DNA of 64,000 nucleotides from a candidate division WWE3 bacterium (GCA_013335095.1 JAAXWF010000001.1:22797-86796), one strand, 5' to 3'; positions 48,288 to 58,568 are shown, counted from the stretch's first letter. Notes: generated by a model from the sequence alone, not told the origin. Numbers and translations: made by a program.

Positions 48288-48896
48288 TCAGCTCACGAGA
48301 TGACTCGTATCATTAATTGTAATTGGTGAGAAAGGTCCATCGATTGTCGTATATTCAAAAATAGTACATGACGCATTATCGGGATCGTACTTAAAACTTT
48401 CTTCCCGAGGTACATGAAGTAGCACCGGCATCAACGCACGAATAACCCCGCCATGAGTAACTATGGCACTATCTTCACCATTTGCATTTGATACAATCTC
48501 TAAAATATTTGTAGTGAGACGATGCTCAAATGCTTGCCATGACTCCCCGCCCGGTGGGACATATTCATAACGCTCGATTATCGACATTGGATCTAATATT
48601 ACTTTAACATTTTCCCAAGGCTGATCGCTAAATACGCCCCAATTCCGTTCCGATAAACTTTGTAATGTAACAACCGAAATGTTCAGATCGCCTGATATTA
48701 ACTGCGCACTTTCCAGTGCCCGTTGTTCCGTCGATGAATATATTTTTGAGAGATGAAACATTCTTAAGCGTCTAGCTGTTTTTTGTATTTGTTGTTGTCC
48801 TTCGGTATTAAGGTGTGTTTGGTCATTAGCCGAATGAAGATGCTTTTGAATATTTTTGTCGGTCTCCCCATGACGGATGAGAATTAAATGCGGCAT
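48288..48896 (-). CDS. Histidine phosphatase family protein
   Basis: LIRHGET motif; second H in THGGVIR. Confidence 0.7.
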   Translation of the reverse strand: MPHLILIRHGETDKNIQKHLHSANDQTHLNTEGQQQIQKTARRLRMFHLSKIYSSTEQRALESAQLISGDLNISVVTLQSLSERNWGVFSDQPWENVKVILDPMSIIERYEYVPPGGESWQAFEHRLTTNILEIVSNANGEDSAIVTHGGVIRALMPVLLHVPREESFKYDPDNASCTIFEYTTIDGPFSPITINDTSHLVS

Positions 48897-48995
48897 CTTA
48901 TAATTATAATAAATTCACCAATCGTGAAAAAGGCCAGTTAATCTATAAACGATGAAAAGACCCCAATACTGCCGTAAGTATATTACAATAAATGC

Positions 48996-50897
48996 ATGCC
49001 CAGGTCTTTAGATCAAAAACTGTCTGCCATTTTACCGTTAATGTTTGGATCCTTGTGTTTGTTTTTTATCACCATATCGTTATATGCACCATTTTTCCAT
49101 AAACGGACACCGATCTCATCCCTAAATACGCAAGACGTATCATATGCTGCGGGTGGTTTAGCTGCAGATATTAATGACGATTACACAGTCGATATATTTG
49201 ATTTGGGTATTTTGTCGGCAAATTATGGAAAAACGATCACCGTTGGTAGCTCTGATATTGAACGCAAAGCAGACATTAATGCAAACGGAACAGTCGATGT
49301 TTTTGATCTAGGAATATTAACTGGTTCGTACGGCCAGCATGTCCAACAGAATCTATCAAATCGAGATCTCTTTCTCAATGAAGTCCAAATTAATGAAATC
49401 AAAAGTAAATTGTCGACAGAGCCGATGAAGACAGCGTATGAGGAATTACTCCAAAGAGCAAATACCGCATTAAGTTCTTCAACCACCTACTCGGTGACCT
49501 TCAATGGCGGTCCACCAGCTGCAGCAGACCCACATATCCTATGGTCAGGCGGAGATTTAAAAAGTGCACGTAGTCTCGAAGACACATTAACAGCCTTAAC
49601 ATTAGTGTATAGACTTACCGGGGATACTAAATATGCCGACAAAGCAGTATCGCTACTCAGAGTTTGGGCCCTCAATGAGGACACCTACATGAAACCAATC
49701 CTAAATAAAGAGCAAGAACAAGGTGGAAATAACTTACTTTTCATGGAGTATGGTGTAGTACCGCCCGTCTATAATGCATCACTGCTAGAGAATTATCCTG
49801 GGTGGCAACCTTACAAACAAGCATTCTACAGTTGGGCGAGATCAATGGCGCAAGTCATGGTTGATGCAAATGTTGGAAATACTGGAGTCGGTATCCGCCG
49901 CCTCATGACCATTGCTGCGGTAGGCGCACTTTTAGATGACAGTACTTTACAAAATTATGCGTATACGCATGTACGAGAGATGCTCGACACAGAGCTTGAT
50001 TCTGATGGAAGTATTAAAAGCGTTAGATCACGCAACCCGCCGCCCGCAACCGATGGTGTAGGTGTTTATTATTCTGCGTTATGGTTGAATGTCGGAATGC
50101 AGCTAGCCGAAATTTCCCGCCACCACGGAGTTGATTTGTATAACTATACGACGCCAAATGGAGCAAATATGAGAAAAGCGCTTACATTCTTGTGGCCATA
50201 TATTAAAAACAGCGGAAGTGGTTGGCCGTACCAACTCGAAGGACAAACACCTCAACAAATAACCGAAATTCCCGATACCGTATCGCCCTATGAAATAGCT
50301 GCAGGATTCTGGAAAGGGAGCTCATGGGAAAGCGGAATTTCATTGCGCCCCCTTTATTTAACGGGAGGTCTTGGACCGGTAACCCTTACGCACAGTAGCG
50401 GAGTATTTATACCGATTGATACAAGACCAACTCCAACCCTTCGTCCGACAACAACACCAATTCCCGTTAGTGGCATATCAATCGTTTCTAAGGCGAGCAA
50501 TAATACCTATACCCTCGTTGGCGGAGGAACACAAATTGGTCAGCAGGTATTTTCGGATCGAATTGTCACATTTGCCAATATTCCGTCCGAATATGTTGGA
50601 CTAACGCTTCTACAAACACCGGTAAATGATCGAACAATATCCAATGAGACGGCGATAACATTACGCGTAGATCATAGCGTTACGGTGTATGTTGCGTTTG
50701 ATTCTCGAGTGACAGGTTCGATTCCTTCCTGGTTAACAAGTAGTAATGGATGGACAAACACCGGGAAGACAATAACAATCGATGAGGAGGGCAAAACGCA
50801 TACGTTATTTAGTAAGACCTTTTCTGCAGGGCAAATCAATTTAGGTGGAGTTGGATTGAGTACTGATTATTTTAACTACTACGTATTAATTAAATAA
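48996..50897 (+). CDS. Secreted alginate-lyase-like toroid domain protein with an N-terminal dockerin and C-terminal beta-rich domain
   Basis: Signal anchor; dockerin DINDDYTVDIFD / DINANGTVDVFD at aa about 45-105; LVYRLTGDTKYADKA motif. Confidence 0.5.
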   Translation: MPRSLDQKLSAILPLMFGSLCLFFITISLYAPFFHKRTPISSLNTQDVSYAAGGLAADINDDYTVDIFDLGILSANYGKTITVGSSDIERKADINANGTVDVFDLGILTGSYGQHVQQNLSNRDLFLNEVQINEIKSKLSTEPMKTAYEELLQRANTALSSSTTYSVTFNGGPPAAADPHILWSGGDLKSARSLEDTLTALTLVYRLTGDTKYADKAVSLLRVWALNEDTYMKPILNKEQEQGGNNLLFMEYGVVPPVYNASLLENYPGWQPYKQAFYSWARSMAQVMVDANVGNTGVGIRRLMTIAAVGALLDDSTLQNYAYTHVREMLDTELDSDGSIKSVRSRNPPPATDGVGVYYSALWLNVGMQLAEISRHHGVDLYNYTTPNGANMRKALTFLWPYIKNSGSGWPYQLEGQTPQQITEIPDTVSPYEIAAGFWKGSSWESGISLRPLYLTGGLGPVTLTHSSGVFIPIDTRPTPTLRPTTTPIPVSGISIVSKASNNTYTLVGGGTQIGQQVFSDRIVTFANIPSEYVGLTLLQTPVNDRTISNETAITLRVDHSVTVYVAFDSRVTGSIPSWLTSSNGWTNTGKTITIDEEGKTHTLFSKTFSAGQINLGGVGLSTDYFNYYVLIK

Positions 50898-50899
50898 AA

Positions 50900-51391
50900 C
50901 TATTTTACCTGAGCAAAAGCGACGCAATAATTATGACCATATTTTTTTGCACATTTAGGGCAATATCCGTAATAAAAATAATATTTAATTGATTTCTGAT
51001 TCCGTTGCAATAAAAATTCGTCCATTTGCGTGATCCATTGAGGAACCATATGGTAGGGTCCATCAAATACTTTACTCACAAACGTACCAGAAAGCATTTG
51101 AATTCGCGCGTTTGGTATTTCTTTCGTAACAGACATGTAGATTTCGGACCGCCACGGAGATGGATCGTATGCCAACATAAGAAAATCACTTGGATCAGGT
51201 GAAGCATCAGCATCGATAATCTGCTGGTACATACGTTTAACAACGGATCCCATATTCATCGGGATATGCATTATTTGAAAAACATCATCGCGCAAAAAGG
51301 GCTTATCGTACCATTCATGGGTCTTTTCGTCCCAACGCGACGTATCAAATACCGGACAACATTGAGTTTCATCGGTCGGGTTTGGCGCCAT
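50900..51391 (-). CDS. Hypothetical Cys-containing protein
   Basis: 163 aa ORF. Confidence 0.4.
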   Translation of the reverse strand: MAPNPTDETQCCPVFDTSRWDEKTHEWYDKPFLRDDVFQIMHIPMNMGSVVKRMYQQIIDADASPDPSDFLMLAYDPSPWRSEIYMSVTKEIPNARIQMLSGTFVSKVFDGPYHMVPQWITQMDEFLLQRNQKSIKYYFYYGYCPKCAKKYGHNYCVAFAQVK

Positions 51392-51442
51392 ATATATAAG
51401 TATGGGAGTGAAAAAAAGACTTGAATGTGATCAAGATCACAA

Positions 51443-52021
51443 TTATGACATTACCATGACCCCGAAATCTTCAAGCGCATGTGCGAGTCTAGAAAGCGGC
51501 AATCCAATCACCGCATTAAAATCTCCTTCAATATGGTCTATAAGCAGAGCGCCTTTACTTTGAATCCCATATCCTCCAGCTTTATCAAGCGGTTCCATTG
51601 TCTCAACATACCAGATGATTTCACGTTCACTAAGGGATCGAAAATACACTATAGTTTCAACGACATCAGTAAAGATCATATTAGTTTTGGTATCGATAAT
51701 TGAAAATCCGGTGAACACTGAATGCCTGGTGCCATTTAGCGCGTAAAGCATCTTCAATGCATTTTCTTTAGTGCCAGGTTTACCCAAAATCTCACCGTTA
51801 AATGAGATCAGCGTATCAGCTCCTATTATTATCGAATCTGCATGGCGAGATGCAACCTCGGTAGCTTTTCCTAATGCAAGCTGTTTAGCTTGTTCTGTGG
51901 GAGAAAGGTTTAGTGTCACATGATCCTCAAAACTACTCGAATCAATAATAAAAGGAATGCCTAACAATTCCATCAATTCTTTTCTGCGTGGAGATGCAGA
52001 AGCGAGTACAACAGTTTTCAC
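51443..52021 (-). CDS. maf: Maf-like nucleoside-triphosphate pyrophosphatase
   Basis: LASASPRRKELM N-terminus. Confidence 0.8.
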   Translation of the reverse strand: MKTVVLASASPRRKELMELLGIPFIIDSSSFEDHVTLNLSPTEQAKQLALGKATEVASRHADSIIIGADTLISFNGEILGKPGTKENALKMLYALNGTRHSVFTGFSIIDTKTNMIFTDVVETIVYFRSLSEREIIWYVETMEPLDKAGGYGIQSKGALLIDHIEGDFNAVIGLPLSRLAHALEDFGVMVMS

Positions 52022-52086
52022 CTACCCATTGTACATTTATTGAATGTAAAAGCCAGATTTTTCAATCTGGCTTGGTTAAAATAACG

Positions 52087-52443
52087 TTACGACTTAGCCT
52101 CATCTGAAGCTTCTGTTGATAACTCCGTGAATTCTTCAACGTACGGAGCGAAAACGATACTGGCATGCAACAGCCGCAGTACTCGTATAGCGTCGGCTTC
52201 ATATCCATCAGCAACTCGGAATTCAAAAATCGAATCACGAGTACGATCAACAGCGGGCTTCACCTTCAAGGACAAAAAAGCTTCGCCACGAAGGACCTTA
52301 AATAGCGATGCACCGGAAAATATCGCGATGGCGACTTCGGCCAGGTCGGTATCGGTAATGTACAGACCCTGCTCCTGAAGATACCGGCGCAGACGAGACG
52401 CACCACTTGAAGCAGTCAGAGGACTGCACCATGGCGTAACCAT
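52087..52443 (-). CDS. Hypothetical protein (high-GC)
   Basis: ATG 52443 with ggaggg RBS. Confidence 0.45.
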   Translation of the reverse strand: MVTPWCSPLTASSGASRLRRYLQEQGLYITDTDLAEVAIAIFSGASLFKVLRGEAFLSLKVKPAVDRTRDSIFEFRVADGYEADAIRVLRLLHASIVFAPYVEEFTELSTEASDEAKS

Positions 52444-52561
52444 ACAACCCTCCATAATCATTGGGCTAATAATCTATGACGCTGAAGCGATAATAACAAA
52501 GGCAAATCGCCAATTCAAATGGTATACGGGATCAATATGAGCAGTGTATTATTCCAATAGA

Positions 52562-53131
52562 ATGGCCCTCTTAGTTGTTGATAACGGTACAAGTTACCTA
52601 GGAGCACTGAAAGATATCACGGCTCCCTTTAACCCAATGATAGTATCATGGAATGACCTTAAGCATGTATCAACTAGAGATTATGAGGGGATCATTCTTT
52701 CGGGAGGTCACACATTTGCAATTGCCACTGATCCGAATGAATTTGAACAAGAGATGGAGCTGGTGAAGTCGACACCCATTCCGATTCTCGGTATATGCCT
52801 AGGATATGAACTCATCGGTTACACGTTTGGTGCAAAACTTGAAAAACTCCCTAGAAAAGAACATAAGATTATTTCAATTACCATACTTGAGGATGATCCA
52901 ATATTTAATACCGACACACATATTACTGTGTTTGAAAATCATAGCTGGATGATAAGTGAGCTATCGGAACAGTTAAAACCGTTAGCACGATCTGTACGCG
53001 GATTCGAAATAATTAAACATGTTTCTATGCCAATCTATGGTTTTCAATTTCATCCAGAGATTATTGTAGATCCCCAGGCTTTAACGATCTTTGATAATTG
53101 GCTATCCTTTGTGCATGGTGATTTAAAGTAA
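52562..53131 (+). CDS. Class I glutamine amidotransferase-like protein
   Basis: GICLGYEL catalytic Cys; FQFHPE His; start 52544 (GTG) or 52562 (ATG). Confidence 0.6.
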   Translation: MALLVVDNGTSYLGALKDITAPFNPMIVSWNDLKHVSTRDYEGIILSGGHTFAIATDPNEFEQEMELVKSTPIPILGICLGYELIGYTFGAKLEKLPRKEHKIISITILEDDPIFNTDTHITVFENHSWMISELSEQLKPLARSVRGFEIIKHVSMPIYGFQFHPEIIVDPQALTIFDNWLSFVHGDLK

Positions 53132-53187
53132 AAGAAATGGGTCACCTGCTTTTACACAGGCGACCCACAGTTGTTGGATCCTAAAGA

Positions 53188-53595
53188 CTATTCGAAGTCG
53201 CCGCGAAATCCAGGCGGAGACTTAGTCTGAGCGCGCTCACCACCTTCCGTAGCGAGCCGCATCAGCTCCTCGAGGCGGTCAACGAAATCCTCAGGCACCG
53301 GCCCGGTCTCAAATGGACCGTCCAAATACCCGATGCGGGTACCCGCGTAGATCGCGCCGATCGAGACGCTGCGGGTCTGTGCCCGTGCCCCACCCTGGAT
53401 CGCCAGGGTACCAGTCATCACATCTTCGACGAACTCGACCGGCGGAAGCCAGCCGTGATCGGCAACATAATGGATGATCATGTCGGGCATCGTATAAGAA
53501 TGACCGTTGGTGAATGCCAGAAGAACGTCACCCGACGAAGTCGCCGGGAACCGTGACTCCTTCCTGTGCGGATAAGGACACGTGTGGAATCCCAT
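53188..53595 (-). CDS. Hypothetical protein (high-GC)
   Basis: aaggagg RBS; 135 aa. Confidence 0.45.
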   Translation of the reverse strand: MGFHTCPYPHRKESRFPATSSGDVLLAFTNGHSYTMPDMIIHYVADHGWLPPVEFVEDVMTGTLAIQGGARAQTRSVSIGAIYAGTRIGYLDGPFETGPVPEDFVDRLEELMRLATEGGERAQTKSPPGFRGDFE

Positions 53596-53715
53596 AGGGG
53601 AACCTCCTTGATAGTCCGCGGATTAAATTAGCTTCGACAGTATATCAAAACGCTCGCCCAAATTCAACTATAGGTCGACCACAACCTTCTGTAAATTGCT
53701 ATACTAAATAGATCA

Positions 53716-54198
53716 ATGAGTCACCAAAGTTATGAAAACCTATTTGCACAATTAACCGATACAATCGATCAATTTGTCGATATCGTAAGAAACAAGCAAC
53801 TCAACCTTATGGCGACGGATGAATGGACCGTCAAAGATATCTTATGCCATATCGTATTTTGGCACGAATCGTATGCCGCAAATTACCACGCGACAGCACA
53901 GCAGGAGCCGCCATGTATCCCTCAGGAACCCGCGTACAAGTTAAATCACCCTGGAGTTTCAAAACTACGAAACGTCTCGATGGAAAAACTCATCCAACGA
54001 CTATACATAGCTAACGATTCTTTATTTACCAGCATTGTTGAAAAAAAAGTACCTCGCATGACATACCATTCCAAGGGACGCACGTATGAGACAGGCGACT
54101 TTTTGAAGATGATTGATGGACATATCAAGACCCACATGACGCAAATACGCCGAGCCAAACATAAAAAGTTGTCCAAGAACGCTAAAAAAAGTTTGTAA
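53716..54198 (+). CDS. DinB/YfiT-like four-helix-bundle protein (tentative)
   Basis: W..KD...HI..WHE pattern. Confidence 0.35.
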   Translation: MSHQSYENLFAQLTDTIDQFVDIVRNKQLNLMATDEWTVKDILCHIVFWHESYAANYHATAQQEPPCIPQEPAYKLNHPGVSKLRNVSMEKLIQRLYIANDSLFTSIVEKKVPRMTYHSKGRTYETGDFLKMIDGHIKTHMTQIRRAKHKKLSKNAKKSL

Positions 54199-54847
54199 TA
54201 ATTACACGTCGAACTGGATAAGACCATAAAAATTGAATGACCGGAATCAGTATACTAACGAGGTTATCGTGAAGGGCAAAATAAAGCTGATAGTCAAATG
54301 ACTTTTTTGAAAAATCAGGAGCATATGAAATCTGTATTTTTGAATTCTTTTTACGCAGAGCATTTAGTATCGTCCCATTAAGAGCGTGATAATAACCGAA
54401 TACAACCCCTGTTGTTGCCGGATTAGGAAAACCACCCGAAACGCGCAAAATAAACGGACTGGCAACCATCGAATTAATCAACTTACTGACTAGAACAAGT
54501 CCTGAACGGATAACTCCAAGCATCTGCGTAAATGAGAGCCGAACATTTTTTTTCCTTTTTTTCTTGGACTTTTTTATAGTTTTTTTGCGAACAGAATCAT
54601 TTTCCCCACTGTTGTTTTTATCTTTCTGAACAAATCCATGAAATACGGTTATTCCGAAAACTTGAACGGTTAATTCTTTAGTCATCACCTCATACTTAAC
54701 TATTAGTGCTCTCCAAATTAGTTCAGCATTAAAATACGCCTTAATATTAGTTCCTTCTTTACGACTATCAACCACGAGCCCAAACGGAGCGACCAGAGTA
54801 AAGACAATGATCCCGATGAAAATGATGAATAGATACAAAAAAAGCAT
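54182..54847 (-). CDS. DUF2953/YtfI-like membrane protein
   Basis: N-terminal TM; lysine-rich central segment; paired with a GerW/YtfJ-like gene. Confidence 0.4.
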   Translation of the reverse strand: MLFLYLFIIFIGIIVFTLVAPFGLVVDSRKEGTNIKAYFNAELIWRALIVKYEVMTKELTVQVFGITVFHGFVQKDKNNSGENDSVRKKTIKKSKKKRKKNVRLSFTQMLGVIRSGLVLVSKLINSMVASPFILRVSGGFPNPATTGVVFGYYHALNGTILNALRKKNSKIQISYAPDFSKKSFDYQLYFALHDNLVSILIPVIQFLWSYPVRRVIITNFF

Positions 54848-54970
54848 AGATTATAGTTGTTACAAAACAATACGATTAATAATCATTACTAAAGGAGAGT
54901 GCTCTGACAAATAAGATAAGCATCAAAGCACTCTCTTTAGTTACTCGAACCACGATAGATACAGACTAAA

Positions 54971-55366
54971 CTACTTGGCCGGTTTTTCATTTCTTGCCTT
55001 TAGTTCAATGCCCTTCTCCATCAATTCAGGTGCTTTATCGGCAATAGCTTCGATAATCTCGGCCACGCCTTTTGATCCCTTGAGCGGGTATACTTTAACA
55101 CCTTCACGATCGATTACGATCAATGCGACGGGCTCCATGTTCGCACCAGCTCCGGCACCTCCGCCGGAACCAGATCCTCCAGGAGTACCTTTAGGGTCAT
55201 CATTCCCCTCACCGGCGCCGCCTCCGCCGCCATAACCTACGTTCACTTTGATGACCGGGAGTATTGTTCGACCTTCAAAAGTAACCGGATCACCAATAAT
55301 CCGTTTTGTATTAACCATTTTATCGAGTTCACCGATTACTGAATCAAATAGTTTTTGTACATCCAT
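54971..55366 (-). CDS. GerW/YtfJ-family protein
   Basis: Gly-rich loop GYGGGGGAGEG...GGSGSGGGAGAG between conserved DPV and VALIVID blocks. Confidence 0.6.
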   Translation of the reverse strand: MDVQKLFDSVIGELDKMVNTKRIIGDPVTFEGRTILPVIKVNVGYGGGGGAGEGNDDPKGTPGGSGSGGGAGAGANMEPVALIVIDREGVKVYPLKGSKGVAEIIEAIADKAPELMEKGIELKARNEKPAK

Positions 55367-55431
55367 ATATTCTCACCTCCTTACATTTACATCCTAGCAG
55401 AATAAACGGATAAATTATGAAATCTTTCGAT

Positions 55432-56457
55432 TTACTTACAATAATCATTTAAAAAACTCAGTTTGGAGTAATAGGTTTCTTCAATCGAAATACCAGCAGA
55501 GCGAAGTAGGTCTTTAGTAACTGCATAAACTTTTTCTAATTCCTCAGTTACAGTTTGTAGGGGGAGTACGGTACGGCTTTTTAAATATTCGATCTCACAT
55601 TGAGTCAATGTATATGCACGATCATTTAGCAAATAGGAATGGTCAAACATGACGCTGTAAATATTGCCGGTATTGAGCGATTCTAAGTTAACATCATATC
55701 GTCGACGTCGAAATGGCTCCCTTCGACTAAACGAGAGGTTTGGATAGTGCTCATGAAGATAATCCTCCATCGATGTTTTAATCCGTACATTTTTTGTGCG
55801 CTTTTCAATTCGTTCTAATGCATCGTTCTGATAAATCTTTTGTTTAACAACGTATTCATCATTTGGGCAGGTAATAAAAGAAATATATCCCCGTTCAGAC
55901 TGAGGCGCGGTTACTTCATATAAATAGTTATCAAAATCCCATTGATTAAACTGATCATGATGCTGCAGGATAAAATCTGGATAGGTACCCTTATTACCGT
56001 GGATATATATCATTTGGGCTAATTGCCATATTGATTGTTCGGTATGTATATTCAGTTTATATTCGATTTCAGTATCCTGATGATATTTCGTAAAGTAGGC
56101 ATCATGATTACTGAGCGGAATTCGTTTAGATTGTTGAATATCTACGCACTGCTCGAACAATGTCTTGCCGTTATTTACCGCCACAGCACCTCCAGCAATA
56201 TACAAGAGTGATTGGTCATCGGCCAGGACTAAAACATATATAGTACGTCTCGAACCGTTATCTAAAACTAAATATAACGGTCTTTTTGAGGATTTAGTGG
56301 ACAAAAACAGCTCGCCTGGAATCTGATTGGTATGGATGACCGCAGTATTTTCACCCATTAGAATGGAGGAACGATCGATTTTAACGACATCAAAAGTACT
56401 ATTTAAGGCAACATCATCAGAAGCTAATAGTAATTGAACGGTTGATTCAGTATTCAT
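55432..56457 (-). CDS. Hypothetical protein, translationally coupled (4-nt overlap) to the upstream PEP-utilising enzyme-like gene
   Basis: 341 aa. Confidence 0.5.
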   Translation of the reverse strand: MNTESTVQLLLASDDVALNSTFDVVKIDRSSILMGENTAVIHTNQIPGELFLSTKSSKRPLYLVLDNGSRRTIYVLVLADDQSLLYIAGGAVAVNNGKTLFEQCVDIQQSKRIPLSNHDAYFTKYHQDTEIEYKLNIHTEQSIWQLAQMIYIHGNKGTYPDFILQHHDQFNQWDFDNYLYEVTAPQSERGYISFITCPNDEYVVKQKIYQNDALERIEKRTKNVRIKTSMEDYLHEHYPNLSFSRREPFRRRRYDVNLESLNTGNIYSVMFDHSYLLNDRAYTLTQCEIEYLKSRTVLPLQTVTEELEKVYAVTKDLLRSAGISIEETYYSKLSFLNDYCK

Positions 56458-58568
56458 TCAATACAAACGTCATCTCCATTCGCAAAAACACTTAGAGCAT
56501 ATGGAATAACAGCAACTGGTGTATTATTCTCCCGTGCAATTATCGCCAGATGGCAAAGAACTGGTCCTGATTCAACAATAAAACCGCGGACTTTTCCGAC
56601 TAAAACGCTTAGAGCTGTATAGGGAAATTTAGACACAATAATAAGGTCGCTACTGCTGTCTGTTTGCTCCATTAGTTCACGAATCTCGACGTTTGATTCA
56701 AGAGTCGGCAGATGACCACTAATGTTTAGCGTTGGACCTGACGAGATGTATTCAAGCTTCTGTAAATCGTCGATCCGTAAAACTCGCCCCGCTAATTTTC
56801 CAGGACTAATAAAAACGGTAGAAGTTTGTGAATTCACTGTAGGCGATGAATCTTCGGTATTTGGCGTATTATCAATATATATAGGATCGCCATCAATAAT
56901 AGTCCATTCCAATATATTATTTTCGAAATGCTCGTTAACCGCTTTATTAAAAGAGGCAATCTTCAATAATGCTTCATGATTTACTTCAGTCATTGAATCT
57001 TCGGCAAGCTCCTGAAATGAGAATGACTTGGTATTTTCATCAAATCCGTAATAACGATTACTAATTAACGATCCACTCGCCCTTGTTACGGTACTATTCG
57101 ATAGGTCGATGTAATAACTTTCGGTCTCAACAAATCCACGATTTATACCAATGAGACTACCGCGACAGACTTCGACTAAATAAGCATCCCCTCGTTGCAT
57201 AGAAACCGCCGAGAATTGCCCTGATGCGAATTCACGAATAATCATAGGAATCGGTTTATTCGATGAGCGAATAAGTGTATGTATAACGTTATTGAGTTCT
57301 CCCCGTTGGGCATAAAAAGAACGCAAATGTGGTCCCAAATCAATGGTGAGGATTGGTGTCTTTAGCCGAGATAATGACGGAATCTGCTCGATATCCATTT
57401 GTGAAACGCCCCGCTGATTAGCAATGACAACCGCAGAACCATTTATCGAAATATCATTTTCAATCGCAAATATTCGTATAGGTTTTCGTTTAGATATACT
57501 ATGCCCATAAATTGGTTTAATCGACCCGATATTTTCTTCATCAATAAGGTTGGACTGTTGGTATAGATCAAATACTTTCAACACAGCTTGACTGGTATTG
57601 GCATGAGATTGTGTATGTTGTGTAGTTATCGGACGCGTCTGTAGCACATAAAACGTAGTACCTGCATATGCCCATTCGTATTCCATCTCCATGTTAAACG
57701 TATTCTTAAAAAGCTCGGCTGTCTCTAGCAACTGTTGGATTAATGTGTTTTCAAGATCATGTCGGCTAAGTAGATATTCGTGGGTTTGTTCATTTTTTAT
57801 AGCTGTAATAGATTGTGATGTACCCGTCCCCGATTCGATTCCATCAGATCCATCTTTTGTGTATTCGATAAATATTCCTCCGGTATTATTAACCGGATCG
57901 GTTGAGAAACAAACCCCCGAGAGTGACGGCCTTATGTACTGCTGGATGATTAGGCCAGGTAACGGGCTTATCTGAAATTCATTAATTCGAAGGCGATGGG
58001 CCAAGGCGGCCAATGAAAATGATGCTTTCCAACAGTGAACAATAGCTTCTTCAAGTCCTATCGGGTCTTGTATTCCGGATACGCTCTCATATATACCAGC
58101 TCCCGATGCGGCCTCGCCATCTTCAAAACAACTAGATGATCGAACGATCAGTGGAATTTTCCACCCTTTGGACAATCTTTCGGCTTCAGTAATCAGTTGA
58201 GTTCTAAGATCATCGTTAAATTGAATTCCATCAAGCGCCTGCATTATCGACTGCTGCATTTTATTCAACTGGTATCCACCATTCGATTTAAGCATGGTCA
58301 AATATCCCTGAATATCTTGTTTGGATTTTCTATCTAAAGAGTCTTCAAATGAAGTGTTGTTTAATGCGAATGCGGCTGGAACATGCACCAAGGAATTAAT
58401 TTGTGAAAGTTTGAAAAATTTGTTGCCAACTAGTTCTTGAGCACCTTCGCCCAAGGGTGTTACGTATGAGATACTCACCTTATATGGAATATACCACAAC
58501 TTTTCAACCGCGCAAGATGGTATTAATGCAATATGAATGAATTTAGCTACTATTAACCACACGCCCAC
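56454..58568 (-). CDS. PEP-utilising-enzyme-like phosphotransferase (PPDK_N ATP-grasp domain plus C-terminal mobile His domain, no TIM-barrel PEP-binding domain); rifampin-phosphotransferase-like architecture
   Basis: LIVRSSSCFEDGEAASGAG and SGVCFSTDPVNN blocks; C-terminal SGPVLCHLAIIARENNTPVAV swivel-His motif. Confidence 0.6.
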   Translation of the reverse strand: MGVWLIVAKFIHIALIPSCAVEKLWYIPYKVSISYVTPLGEGAQELVGNKFFKLSQINSLVHVPAAFALNNTSFEDSLDRKSKQDIQGYLTMLKSNGGYQLNKMQQSIMQALDGIQFNDDLRTQLITEAERLSKGWKIPLIVRSSSCFEDGEAASGAGIYESVSGIQDPIGLEEAIVHCWKASFSLAALAHRLRINEFQISPLPGLIIQQYIRPSLSGVCFSTDPVNNTGGIFIEYTKDGSDGIESGTGTSQSITAIKNEQTHEYLLSRHDLENTLIQQLLETAELFKNTFNMEMEYEWAYAGTTFYVLQTRPITTQHTQSHANTSQAVLKVFDLYQQSNLIDEENIGSIKPIYGHSISKRKPIRIFAIENDISINGSAVVIANQRGVSQMDIEQIPSLSRLKTPILTIDLGPHLRSFYAQRGELNNVIHTLIRSSNKPIPMIIREFASGQFSAVSMQRGDAYLVEVCRGSLIGINRGFVETESYYIDLSNSTVTRASGSLISNRYYGFDENTKSFSFQELAEDSMTEVNHEALLKIASFNKAVNEHFENNILEWTIIDGDPIYIDNTPNTEDSSPTVNSQTSTVFISPGKLAGRVLRIDDLQKLEYISSGPTLNISGHLPTLESNVEIRELMEQTDSSSDLIIVSKFPYTALSVLVGKVRGFIVESGPVLCHLAIIARENNTPVAVIPYALSVFANGDDVCIE

